A DNA stretch of 32,000 nt, taken from contig OZ252034.1 in NCBI GenBank assembly GCA_965247805.1, forward strand, positions 3,372,192-3,404,191, written 5' to 3'. This stretch comes from Pyrinomonadaceae bacterium. GTDB lineage: Bacteria; Acidobacteriota; Blastocatellia; Pyrinomonadales; Pyrinomonadaceae. Under the pieces are notes generated by a model. That model was not told where the DNA came from. It saw nothing but the letters and a program-made list of their open reading frames with translations, and did not search any database. Of this stretch, positions 24,465 through 32,000 are shown in pieces (position 1 is the stretch's first letter; each line of letters starts with the position of its first letter). The translations under genes were made by a program, and so were the position numbers.

Positions 24465-24787
24465 GAGGCGACATAGTTTGGGCAAGCCTCGATCCGACAA
24501 TCGGACACGAACAATCAGGTTCGCGTCCGGTTCTTGTTTTGAGTCAGGATGTTTTCAACGAGCGTTCGGGAACGGTCATCGCGGTCGTTCTGACCAGCCA
24601 AAAACCGAACGCGGGTTTTCCGTTGACATTTGAACTTTCCGATCCGAAATTGCCGAAACAATCTTGGGTAAAAATCAGTCAAATCCGCGTGTTGTCAACC
24701 GAGCGTTTGGGCAAAAAAATCGGTAAAGCATCAAACGAAGAATTGGAAGCCGTGATCGAAGGGTTGAATGAAATCATCGGCGGATAA
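24449..24787 (+). CDS. mazF: MazF/PemK family endoribonuclease toxin
   Basis: 112-aa ORF. RGDIVWASLDPTIGHEQSGSRPVLVLS is a typical PemK/MazF N-terminus. Confidence 0.9.
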   Translation: MARILRGDIVWASLDPTIGHEQSGSRPVLVLSQDVFNERSGTVIAVVLTSQKPNAGFPLTFELSDPKLPKQSWVKISQIRVLSTERLGKKIGKASNEELEAVIEGLNEIIGG

Positions 24788-24825
24788 AATTTGGATTAAA
24801 GAATTTCGCGTTGGTATTAAAAATT

Positions 24826-24903
24826 AGTATATTGAGCGGTAGCGAACATCGTTGCACTCAAAATTGATTGAAGTGTGACAGACTCGCTACCGCTCACTAT
24901 ACT
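24826..24903. repeat. Palindromic element family 2, copy B (78 bp)
   Basis: AGTATATTGAGCGGTAGCGA at the left end pairs with TCGCTACCGCTCACTATACT at the right end. It shares the GAGCGGTAGCGA core with copy A and sits 6 nt from the right direct repeat. Confidence 0.8.
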
Positions 24904-24909
24904 GATTTG

Positions 24910-24970
24910 TCAATTAAGATTTTATGTCACAAAACAAAACTCTTTCAGTTGAAGAAATTCGCGCTAATTT
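24910..24970 (+). repeat. Right direct repeat (native 5' end of the aminotransferase gene)
   Basis: See 24117-24186. Confidence 0.85.
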
Positions 24971-26153
24971 TCCGGCTTTGAATCGCGTTCATAAAGGTTT
25001 TTCGGTGGCTTATTTTGATGGTCCGGGCGGGACACAGGTTCCGCGTCAGGTTGTCGAGGCGATGACGGATTATCTTTACAATCATAATGCCAATTCGCAT
25101 TGGGCGTTTCCGACGAGTGTTGAAACGGACGCGATAATTGCGGATTCGCGCCTCGCGTTGGCGGATTATTTGAATGCTTCGGCGGATGAAATCGCGTTCG
25201 GGCAGAATATGACTTCGCTGACGTTTCATCTGGCGCGTGCGCTTGGCAGAGATTTTAACGCGGGCGACGAGATTATTGTCACCGAACTCGATCATCACGC
25301 GAATGTTGATACATGGCGTTCGCTTGAAAAAGAGCGCGGCGTGAAGTTTCGAGTTGTGCCGATGGATATTGAGAGCGGAACTTTGGAGTTTTCAGAACTC
25401 GAAAATCTTTTGAATGCGAAGGCGAAACTCTTGGCAATCGGCGCGGCTTCCAATGCGATTGGGACGATTTCGGATGTCAAAAAGGCTTGTGCGCTGGCGA
25501 AGGAAAATAACACTTTGAGCTTTGTTGACGCAGTTCATTATGCGGCGCACGAACTCGTTGACGTGCAGGATTTCGGCTGTGATTTTTTGGCGTGTTCGGC
25601 GTATAAATTTTACGGTCCGCACATCGGCGTTCTTTACGGACGGCGCGAACTGCTCGAAAAAATTGATTCCCCGAAACTCAAACCGTCGCCGAACAACGCG
25701 CCGGATCGAGTTGAAACCGGCACGCAAAGCCACGAATCAATCGCCGGGGCAGGCGCGTGTATCAATTTTCTCGCTTCACTTTCGACTGGCGAAACACGGC
25801 GCGAAAAACTGCAAAACACCTTCGCCGAAATTCATTCGCGCAAAATGGATTTGTTCAAAAATTTGTGGGAAGGTTTATCGGCGATTGACGGAGTAACGCT
25901 TTATGGACAAAACGCGGAAGCGCGGCGCACACCGACAATCGCTTTTACCGTCAAAAATGTAAATTCACAAACCGTTTCGGAAAAACTTGCGACACGCGGA
26001 ATTTTCACTTCAAACGGCGATTTTTACGCGACGACCGTGGTTGAAAAACTCGGTTTAGCCAACGACGGTTTAGTTCGCGCCGGCTGTGCCTGTTACACGA
26101 CGATTGAAGAAGTTGAAAGATTAGTGGAAGGCGTGCGAAGCATCGCAAAGTAA
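24924..26153 (+). CDS. Class-V aminotransferase-fold PLP enzyme (cysteine desulfurase-like)
   Basis: 409-aa ORF. The HHAN motif and the SAYKFYGP PLP-lysine context are typical of the Csd/SufS-like family. Confidence 0.8.
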   Translation: MSQNKTLSVEEIRANFPALNRVHKGFSVAYFDGPGGTQVPRQVVEAMTDYLYNHNANSHWAFPTSVETDAIIADSRLALADYLNASADEIAFGQNMTSLTFHLARALGRDFNAGDEIIVTELDHHANVDTWRSLEKERGVKFRVVPMDIESGTLEFSELENLLNAKAKLLAIGAASNAIGTISDVKKACALAKENNTLSFVDAVHYAAHELVDVQDFGCDFLACSAYKFYGPHIGVLYGRRELLEKIDSPKLKPSPNNAPDRVETGTQSHESIAGAGACINFLASLSTGETRREKLQNTFAEIHSRKMDLFKNLWEGLSAIDGVTLYGQNAEARRTPTIAFTVKNVNSQTVSEKLATRGIFTSNGDFYATTVVEKLGLANDGLVRAGCACYTTIEEVERLVEGVRSIAK

Positions 26154-26280
26154 CGCCGTCCGTCCCGGCGGCTGTCGGGTAGGCATCTTGCCTACCCGTT
26201 TTTCTTAGAGTTTTTTGCACGTTGCGGAGAGGTGCGGGCGGGACGCGCCGCACGACTGCCGCCGGGACGGACGGCGTTAC
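26150..26280. repeat. 131-bp GC-rich element with perfect 23-bp terminal inverted repeats
   Basis: GTAACGCCGTCCGTCCCGGCGGC (26150-26172) is the exact reverse complement of 26258-26280. It spans almost the entire gap between the convergent genes and includes the aminotransferase stop codon. Confidence 0.85.
26176..26203 (+). terminator. Intrinsic terminator of the aminotransferase gene
   Basis: CGGGTAGGCA-TCT-TGCCTACCCG followed by TTTTT. Confidence 0.8.
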
Positions 26281-26283
26281 GTT

Positions 26284-28938
26284 TTAAAAACTCTTGCGGA
26301 AAAGATACGACGCACGGATGAAAAACGTCCGGCTGTTGCGTTCAAATCGCGGTTCGAGTTGTCCCGTAAATGGGCTGAAACCGTTGTAATTGAACGTGTC
26401 GTTATAGCCGACATAAAACGCTTTTCCCGGACTCGGATTCCAGCCGAACAAAAATTGTCCGTTCGTGCCGCGTGACAAAGTATCGTAATCGAGCCGTAAA
26501 CGCGTGAAAACAAAGCGCGAAAATTGATACGTCGAACGCAGCGAAAAGATGTTCGTGTCAAAAGCTACCTGTTTGTTGTCACTGCGGCGCAGACGGCTTT
26601 TCGTGTAATCGAGTGAAAATCTCAGTGGATCGGTCGGTTTGTATTCAAAACCGATGTTCGCGTCAAATTGCCAGCCTTTGCCCGGATCGAGTCCCGGTTC
26701 GGATGGCGGTTCAGGTGCATCACCGACCGGATTAGCCTGATAAATCGCCAAAACTCTCAGATACTCGCGGTAATCAGGACTGCTCAAATACGCCCGGTAA
26801 GCGGGACTAACACGCAAAAACTTGCCGCCGCCGCCAAAATCAAAGTCGTAGGCGTTGAAGACCGAACCCAGAAAACCGTACGCTGAAAAGCGTTTACCAA
26901 AACTTTTATTGATATTGAAACTAATATACGGCTGCTTCGTCGAGCGTTCGGGTGCGCCGAAAAACGCGCCGCTGACGTTTCGCGCCGGATTGCGTTTAAA
27001 GCCGAATTCTTCTTCAAATAATCTTTCGTAACCTAGACCGACTTCGGCGTAAATAAACATATTTCCCTGCAAACTCGCGTTGATGTTTGTGCCGATAATC
27101 GCGTCCTGTGAACGCGCCTTCCAGTCATAATTGATTCGCGCAAACTGATTCCAATTAAGGCGAATGATTGTCGCCTTCGGATTGGATTTCGTGCTGAAAC
27201 GATTGGCGATTAGGAAAGTATTCGTGTTCGTGCGCCGCGTAAAACCGGCATCGGCACGATAATCCCGCGTCCGTCCAGATGCTTCAATCGTCCAGCCGTT
27301 TGTCTCTTTGGTGTGGTCGAGATTGAAATAGTAACCGAATCCGTTGCCCGTGCGATACGGTGCAACGACCGCCCGCGAAAGGTCTGGATTAAAAAGAAAA
27401 TTTGAATCAAAGAAGGTTTTCCGCGAATGCGTGCCGAGTGCCTGAAACGTCAAGACGGTGCTTGGATTTAGCTTGAATGTTCCGTCAAATCCGCCGACGA
27501 AGTTGCGGTTTTTCGGGAAGATTCGCGCCGTTCCGAAAAATCCGATGTTGTTGTTCGCGCCGAAATCACGTTTGACGCGCAGCACACTGAACAGCGCGTT
27601 TTTATCAACGAATTCCTCGATGCGGCAGCGTTGATTCGGATTCGTCAAACGCTGCTGTTGGCAAATCGCCAGATTGGTGCGCTCGTCTTCCGAGTAATTT
27701 CCGGGCGCGTTGTCGGACGCGGCGAGAAAACCGAATGAGGTTTTATTTATCTTGCCCGTTAATTTGACGGCAACATCCGGGTCAACAATCGTCCGTGAAT
27801 AAAAAGGCGAGAGCGGCGATTCAAAAATCTCTTTGCCTTCGAGAAAGAACGGGCGTTTTTCATCAAAGAAAATCGGGAAACGCTGGTTTGCCGAAACGAC
27901 CGGCGCGTCGGCTTCGATCTCGGCGTAATCAGGATTGACCGCCGCATCGAGCGTGACGTTCGGCGTAATTGTGTATTTGAGATTGACACCGATGTCTTTT
28001 TTGATCGGATCATTGACAAACTTGCCGGGTTCGCGGATTCCATTCGGATTAAAAACGCGGTCGTAAGCACCGATTGGATTAAAACCGGCTAACGGAATCG
28101 TCGTTTTGCGGCTGCCGGTTTCGGAAAGCGTCACGCTCGGCACGATTTCCAAAGTGCGCTCGAATTTTACTTCGTCGAGTCCGGTGATTTTTCCGTGTTT
28201 GATTAAAAATCCCGAAACATCGCGGTCGTCCGGCATCCACTGGTCAAATTCGTCATTGAATCGGTCAATGTTGCGGGCGACGTTGAAACCCCACAATTTG
28301 CCTTTTCCGGCGGCGTAACGCAGAGATTTGAACGGGATTTTGACTTCGACCGACCAACCCCAATCTTCAATGACACCTTTCGATTCCATCACGATGTCAA
28401 CCGAAAAATCCGCACCTTGTCCTTCCGTAAAAATTCCGTCCTGCTGAATTCCGAGCGGATTAAAGCCCAAAACGTAGGCGCGGCGTTGGTCGTTATAGGT
28501 ATCGAGCCACATTCGCACGTTGTCTTCATTAAAAACTTCATCGCGTTTGGCGACCGTCGCACGGATTTTGTCCTTGTCGTCCCAACACTTAAAGGCGACG
28601 TAGAGATTTTTCTCGTCATACATCACATACGCTTCGGTCGGTTTTGACGGCGCGGTGTTGTTGCCCGGACTCGTTTGATAAAAGTCTTTAAAGACGGCGG
28701 CTTGTTTCCAACTTTCTTCGTCCGGTTTGCCATCAATCACCGGCGGCGTTCCGGTTTTGGGAATTTTCATCGGACGCGCTTTTTCGGGCGGCACAATGAC
28801 TTTTGATTTGTTTGTCGAACTTGTTTTCTCTGTTTTGCCGGAATCGTTGGTATTGTTTGTATTGGCTGAATTTTCGGTCTGCGCCGATAGATATATTGTA
28901 AAAATTAAAATTGCAAAAACTGCTCCTAGGGCTTTCAT
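26284..28938 (-). CDS. Outer-membrane protein with an N-terminal CBM9-like domain and a DUF5916-like beta-barrel
   Basis: 884-aa ORF with a GAGGTG RBS and a signal peptide. PPVIDGK..W..A..F.DFYQ..P motif, an aromatic-rich C-terminal region, and a terminal Phe (..FRKSF). The family name is from memory. Confidence 0.6.
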   Translation of the reverse strand: MKALGAVFAILIFTIYLSAQTENSANTNNTNDSGKTEKTSSTNKSKVIVPPEKARPMKIPKTGTPPVIDGKPDEESWKQAAVFKDFYQTSPGNNTAPSKPTEAYVMYDEKNLYVAFKCWDDKDKIRATVAKRDEVFNEDNVRMWLDTYNDQRRAYVLGFNPLGIQQDGIFTEGQGADFSVDIVMESKGVIEDWGWSVEVKIPFKSLRYAAGKGKLWGFNVARNIDRFNDEFDQWMPDDRDVSGFLIKHGKITGLDEVKFERTLEIVPSVTLSETGSRKTTIPLAGFNPIGAYDRVFNPNGIREPGKFVNDPIKKDIGVNLKYTITPNVTLDAAVNPDYAEIEADAPVVSANQRFPIFFDEKRPFFLEGKEIFESPLSPFYSRTIVDPDVAVKLTGKINKTSFGFLAASDNAPGNYSEDERTNLAICQQQRLTNPNQRCRIEEFVDKNALFSVLRVKRDFGANNNIGFFGTARIFPKNRNFVGGFDGTFKLNPSTVLTFQALGTHSRKTFFDSNFLFNPDLSRAVVAPYRTGNGFGYYFNLDHTKETNGWTIEASGRTRDYRADAGFTRRTNTNTFLIANRFSTKSNPKATIIRLNWNQFARINYDWKARSQDAIIGTNINASLQGNMFIYAEVGLGYERLFEEEFGFKRNPARNVSGAFFGAPERSTKQPYISFNINKSFGKRFSAYGFLGSVFNAYDFDFGGGGKFLRVSPAYRAYLSSPDYREYLRVLAIYQANPVGDAPEPPSEPGLDPGKGWQFDANIGFEYKPTDPLRFSLDYTKSRLRRSDNKQVAFDTNIFSLRSTYQFSRFVFTRLRLDYDTLSRGTNGQFLFGWNPSPGKAFYVGYNDTFNYNGFSPFTGQLEPRFERNSRTFFIRASYLFRKSF

Positions 28939-29197
28939 ACTGCACCTCTTATTGTTTATGAAAAGAAAATAAAAATTCGGGAATGATCTATATAAAGAAA
29001 GTTATTTTCCTTCGACTAAAACGGTTGATAAATCAAAAAGTTTCAATTAATTATGCAGGTAAACCTGCTAAATAGAATAAAGTTCAGCGTTTAGCAGACA
29101 GTCTTCGACCGTCGTTGATTATTGATATGAACGAACGCGATCGAAAGATCAATTGCTAAATGATAAAGTTGTTTTCTAATCTTAAAATTTTCTGAAT

Positions 29198-31114
29198 TTA
29201 ATTGGATTTCAAATTGTTTGCGCTGCGGACAATAATATTTCCGTCGGCGACCGTAAAATTATAATTTGCGCTGCCATTTCCGATGCGCCAGACGGACGAA
29301 TCTTCGGAAACATCGGCGGTTTTGATTCTTGACGGCGCGATTCCTTTCAGATCAACCGATTCGGTGTTGGCGCGAATCGTCGCTGATGCGTCGTCCGGCA
29401 AATTCAAAATAATGCTGCCGTCAGTCGTGGTTGCCGTGATTTTTTGAAAATCGCCTTCGAGATTCATATCGCCGTCCGCCGTCAGCGATTCGATTTCGCC
29501 TTTGAAACCGATCACGCGAATTCTGCCGTCGGCGGCGGCGATTTTGAGTTTTCCGTCAACGTCGCGGACATTGATTGATTCATCCGAGCCTTTCAGATCA
29601 ATCTCGCCCGAAACATTTTCGAGGCGAATTTCACGGTCGGTACGAATCCACAAATTCGACTTTTTTGGCACGAAAACCTCCACGCGCAGACGTTCCGCGC
29701 CGCCGAAATAATCTTCATTCGACGAATCTTTGCCGCCGTTGATTCTGATTTTTACTTCGGAATCGGAATGATCCGCCGTAAATTCGAGAGGTTTTTGAGT
29801 GCGTCTTTTCGAGATTCGGGTAATCGAATATTGAACTTCGGATTTGTCCCAGCCGCGCACGCTAACCGCGCAGTTTTTCGCGTCAACCGAGACTTTCGGC
29901 GTGCCTTTAACGGTAAATGTTTCGTCCTTTTTCTCGATCACGGGTGCGCCGGGAAGAAAGTCGGCATCCGCCAGACGCGCCATTGTTTCCCGCTGTATTT
30001 TCATTGATTCGTCAATTTTCGCCTGAATTTCGGCGGTGTTGAGTTTAGCGAGTTCGGGACGGATTTTGTCCATTTCCTTCTGCGCGTCCGCCATTTCCCT
30101 TTGCGCGTCCTTCATCTGCTTTGCCGCATCTTTTTGCGATTCTTTAACGGCTTTATTGATGTCTTTGTTTATCTTATTGGTGTTAACCAAACTTTCGCTG
30201 TCGCTGTCATCGTCGGAATCCCAATCTTTTTCGTCATCTTCCTTGCTTTTTTGCGGCAAAAGATTGGTTGAAGGATTGACATTTTTACCGTCGTTTTTGC
30301 GCTTGATGAACAATCCGCCGTTGACGCTGTTGAGCCGAATCTGCACTTCGCCGCTGCCGATTTTGCCGTATAAATCCTTGCCGACATACTGACCTTTGCG
30401 AACCGGCAGACCGAAATCGTTAACGATGCTGCCGTTGACCGTATCAGCTTTGACGGTCGCGTCGGCATCGGACGGAATTGTCAAATTAACTTTTCCGTTG
30501 ACCGTTTCGAGCGTGATTTTGCTCGACGACTGCAACTGGTCAAAGTTCGCTTCGACATTGCCGTTGACGGTTGAAAGATTTGCCGTCCCGCGTAAATTAT
30601 TGGCGATAACCGTTCCGTTGACGGTTGAAGCTTTGGTCAAATTATTGGAATTTGTAATGCTGACCGAACCGTTGACCGTTTCGATTTCGTCTAAAATCGC
30701 GTTTTTCGGGACAGTCAAATGATATTCGACCGACAATCTGCCATAGTTTTTCCAGCCGCGATTACCACCGTCGTTTTTCCAACTGTCGTAGTTTGTTTCG
30801 ATCTTCAAGAAATCTTTTTGCGCGTCAATTTGAATTTCGACTTCCGATAATTTACTTTTGTCGTCGGCGGTTTTGACGGCTTCGAGTTTAACTTCATTGC
30901 GCTCCCAAGTATCAATCGTGATCGAACCGTTGACGTTTGAAACGCTGACTCTGCCGTTCGCGCTGAGTGGATAAGTTTGCTCGAAACGCTCGGTTTCGTC
31001 CATCTGAAAGATTTTCGCCGATTCCGTATTCGTATAATTATTTCTTTGCACGGGACTCGTCGCATCGTTTGAAAAAACCATTCCCGCAAGTACTAAAGAT
31101 ATTAACCAGGACAT
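29198..31114 (-). CDS. Exported protein with two DUF4097-type (putative adhesin) beta-rich modules separated by an acidic coiled-coil linker
   Basis: Start taken at ATG 31114 (MSWLISLVLAG.., with GGAGAA 8 nt upstream); the tracked ORF extends to 31210. V(N/D)G.(I/V) repeats recur throughout, and the central linker is DDEKDWDSDDDSDSE...KDAQREMADAQKEMDK. Confidence 0.7.
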   Translation of the reverse strand: MSWLISLVLAGMVFSNDATSPVQRNNYTNTESAKIFQMDETERFEQTYPLSANGRVSVSNVNGSITIDTWERNEVKLEAVKTADDKSKLSEVEIQIDAQKDFLKIETNYDSWKNDGGNRGWKNYGRLSVEYHLTVPKNAILDEIETVNGSVSITNSNNLTKASTVNGTVIANNLRGTANLSTVNGNVEANFDQLQSSSKITLETVNGKVNLTIPSDADATVKADTVNGSIVNDFGLPVRKGQYVGKDLYGKIGSGEVQIRLNSVNGGLFIKRKNDGKNVNPSTNLLPQKSKEDDEKDWDSDDDSDSESLVNTNKINKDINKAVKESQKDAAKQMKDAQREMADAQKEMDKIRPELAKLNTAEIQAKIDESMKIQRETMARLADADFLPGAPVIEKKDETFTVKGTPKVSVDAKNCAVSVRGWDKSEVQYSITRISKRRTQKPLEFTADHSDSEVKIRINGGKDSSNEDYFGGAERLRVEVFVPKKSNLWIRTDREIRLENVSGEIDLKGSDESINVRDVDGKLKIAAADGRIRVIGFKGEIESLTADGDMNLEGDFQKITATTTDGSIILNLPDDASATIRANTESVDLKGIAPSRIKTADVSEDSSVWRIGNGSANYNFTVADGNIIVRSANNLKSN

Positions 31115-31416
31115 AATTGCTGTTCTCCTCTGTTCGAGTTTTTTATGAATAATTCGGGAATTTTTCCCTTGTCTGAATTGAAAACACCGCGCCCTTTTGG
31201 TTTGTGACAACTTTCTTAATTTTTTTCAAAAAAGTTTTTAAAACTTTCTTTTTCATTTTCGTATGTTAAGATTTTAAACTTGTAAGACGTAACGGAAATA
31301 GCTAATTGAAACGAAAACGGACAACAGTTGAAGAACGTCGGACATCTGACGAATTTACATCTTTAGCGAGATTTAATAGTTTTACACGTTTAGTTACACT
31401 GTAACTGGAGACAAAA

Positions 31417-32000
31417 ATGAATTTGAAACAGACGCGATTGCATATTTTGCATGAGGCTGAAAATTTAGCCCCCAAAGCCAAAACCGGCGTTTCTCTCCAT
31501 TGTCATACGCAATATTCCCAGGAGATGCTCGATTTCATTCCGCACTACGCGGAAAAACTTCCGATTATAAATTTTTTCTGGCAGAGGGAACGCAAGGGTT
31601 ATTTTGAACGTGAAGGTCGGGAACTCGATTTTTCGACGAGTTACTGGTCGCCGCCGATGTCGCCGCACGACGTTTACGACATCGAGAAAAAGCAGATGAA
31701 CGATGCCGGTCTGGATGCAATTATTTCAATTTCAGATCACGACAGCATTAACGGCAGCCTGCTAATCGGCGAACGGCAGGAAAACGCGAAAGCCCCGATT
31801 TCGCTGGAATGGACGGTGCCGTTTGAATACGGATTTTTCCACGTCGGCGTGCATAATCTGCCGAAGGAAAACGCCGTCGAATTGACGAAAACGCTGATTG
31901 ATTATAGTTTTAGCGAAAATCCGACGAACGAGCGTCTGCACGAGCTTTTTGCGATGCTCCGCGATATTCCGCAGGTTTTGGTGATCTTAAATCATCCGCT
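31417..32000 (+). CDS. PHP-domain-like metal-dependent phosphoesterase (partial, runs off the window)
   Basis: Absent from the ORF track because no stop lies within the window. My translation from ATG 31417 (GGAG 7 nt upstream) is MNLKQTRLHILHEAENLAPKAKTGVSLHCHTQYS...ISISDHDS...FHVGVHN...VILNHP, open to 32000. The His/Asp motifs resemble PHP. Confidence 0.5.
   Translation, partial: MNLKQTRLHILHEAENLAPKAKTGVSLHCHTQYSQEMLDFIPHYAEKLPIINFFWQRERKGYFEREGRELDFSTSYWSPPMSPHDVYDIEKKQMNDAGLDAIISISDHDSINGSLLIGERQENAKAPISLEWTVPFEYGFFHVGVHNLPKENAVELTKTLIDYSFSENPTNERLHELFAMLRDIPQVLVILNHP

Noticed and set aside
24826-24903. The palindrome at the 3' end of the mazEF cassette could be an integron attC site.
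   Set aside because: The ends show no RYYYAAC/GTTRRRY core sites, no integron integrase or attI is in the window, and the same repeat family occurs at non-cassette sites (3417-3537).
26215-26561. Arg-rich ORFs (86 and 94 aa) spanning the GC-rich palindromic element.
   Set aside because: They are produced by the GC-rich inverted repeat and by antisense reading of the DUF5916 gene end. They show no coding features.
31115-31210. N-terminal extensions in the ORF track: 31210 for the DUF4097 gene, 19222 (TTG) for the DUF62 gene, 23561 (TTG) for the hypothetical gene, and 15496 for the DUF4276 gene.
   Set aside because: The internal ATGs give better models: a GGAGAA RBS plus signal peptide at 31114, the family-typical N-terminus at 19117, avoidance of the terminator hairpin at 23618, and the ATGGTGA coupling at 15466. 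The longer forms cannot be fully excluded.
1-32000. Search for tRNA, rRNA, tmRNA, a riboswitch, a transposase, an integrase or a reverse transcriptase.
   Set aside because: No GGTTCGAATCC-type T-arm motifs or rRNA-like stretches were seen by eye, and no ORF has recombinase or RT motifs. A covariance-model scan (tRNAscan-SE, Infernal/Rfam) would be needed to exclude small RNAs.

Overview
A 32-kb chromosomal window, roughly 45-50% GC by eye, from a diderm bacterium. The ECF/DUF4252, DUF5916 and M16 content suggests a soil Acidobacteriota- or Bacteroidota-like lineage, but the sequence alone cannot settle this. Most genes are housekeeping or envelope genes: maf, a DUF721 gene, gatC, a lipoprotein gene, gatA, two tandem paralogous membrane GGDEF-EAL genes, oligopeptidase B, an ECF sigma/anti-sigma/2x DUF4252 operon, an M35 aspzincin protease, citrate synthase, a DUF62 SAM-hydrolase-like gene, an M16 peptidase pair, a class-V aminotransferase, a DUF5916 outer-membrane protein, a DUF4097 protein, and a partial PHP-like ORF at the right edge. 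No tRNA, rRNA, CRISPR array, transposase or integrase was seen. Five signals stand out. (1) An AT-rich islet at 14837-16668 carries two overlapping genes: an ABC/AAA_21-type ATPase and a small DUF4276/TOPRIM-like protein. This split OLD/PARIS/AbiL-like architecture is the best candidate here for an uncharacterised defence system, and its codon usage is mosaic. (2) Several families of long palindromic MITE/REP-like elements are present. One copy is inserted in frame (exactly 26 codons) in the DUF62 gene, and another supplies the stop codon of maf. (3) A mazEF-type toxin-antitoxin cassette is inserted at the 5' end of the aminotransferase gene, flanked by a duplication of about 50-60 bp of that gene's start. 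(4) A 285-nt near-identical tract lies inside otherwise diverged GGDEF-EAL paralogs, consistent with gene conversion. (5) Heptamer and octamer tandem arrays encode the signal peptides of two exported proteins. All family names come from motif recognition or memory; no searches were run.
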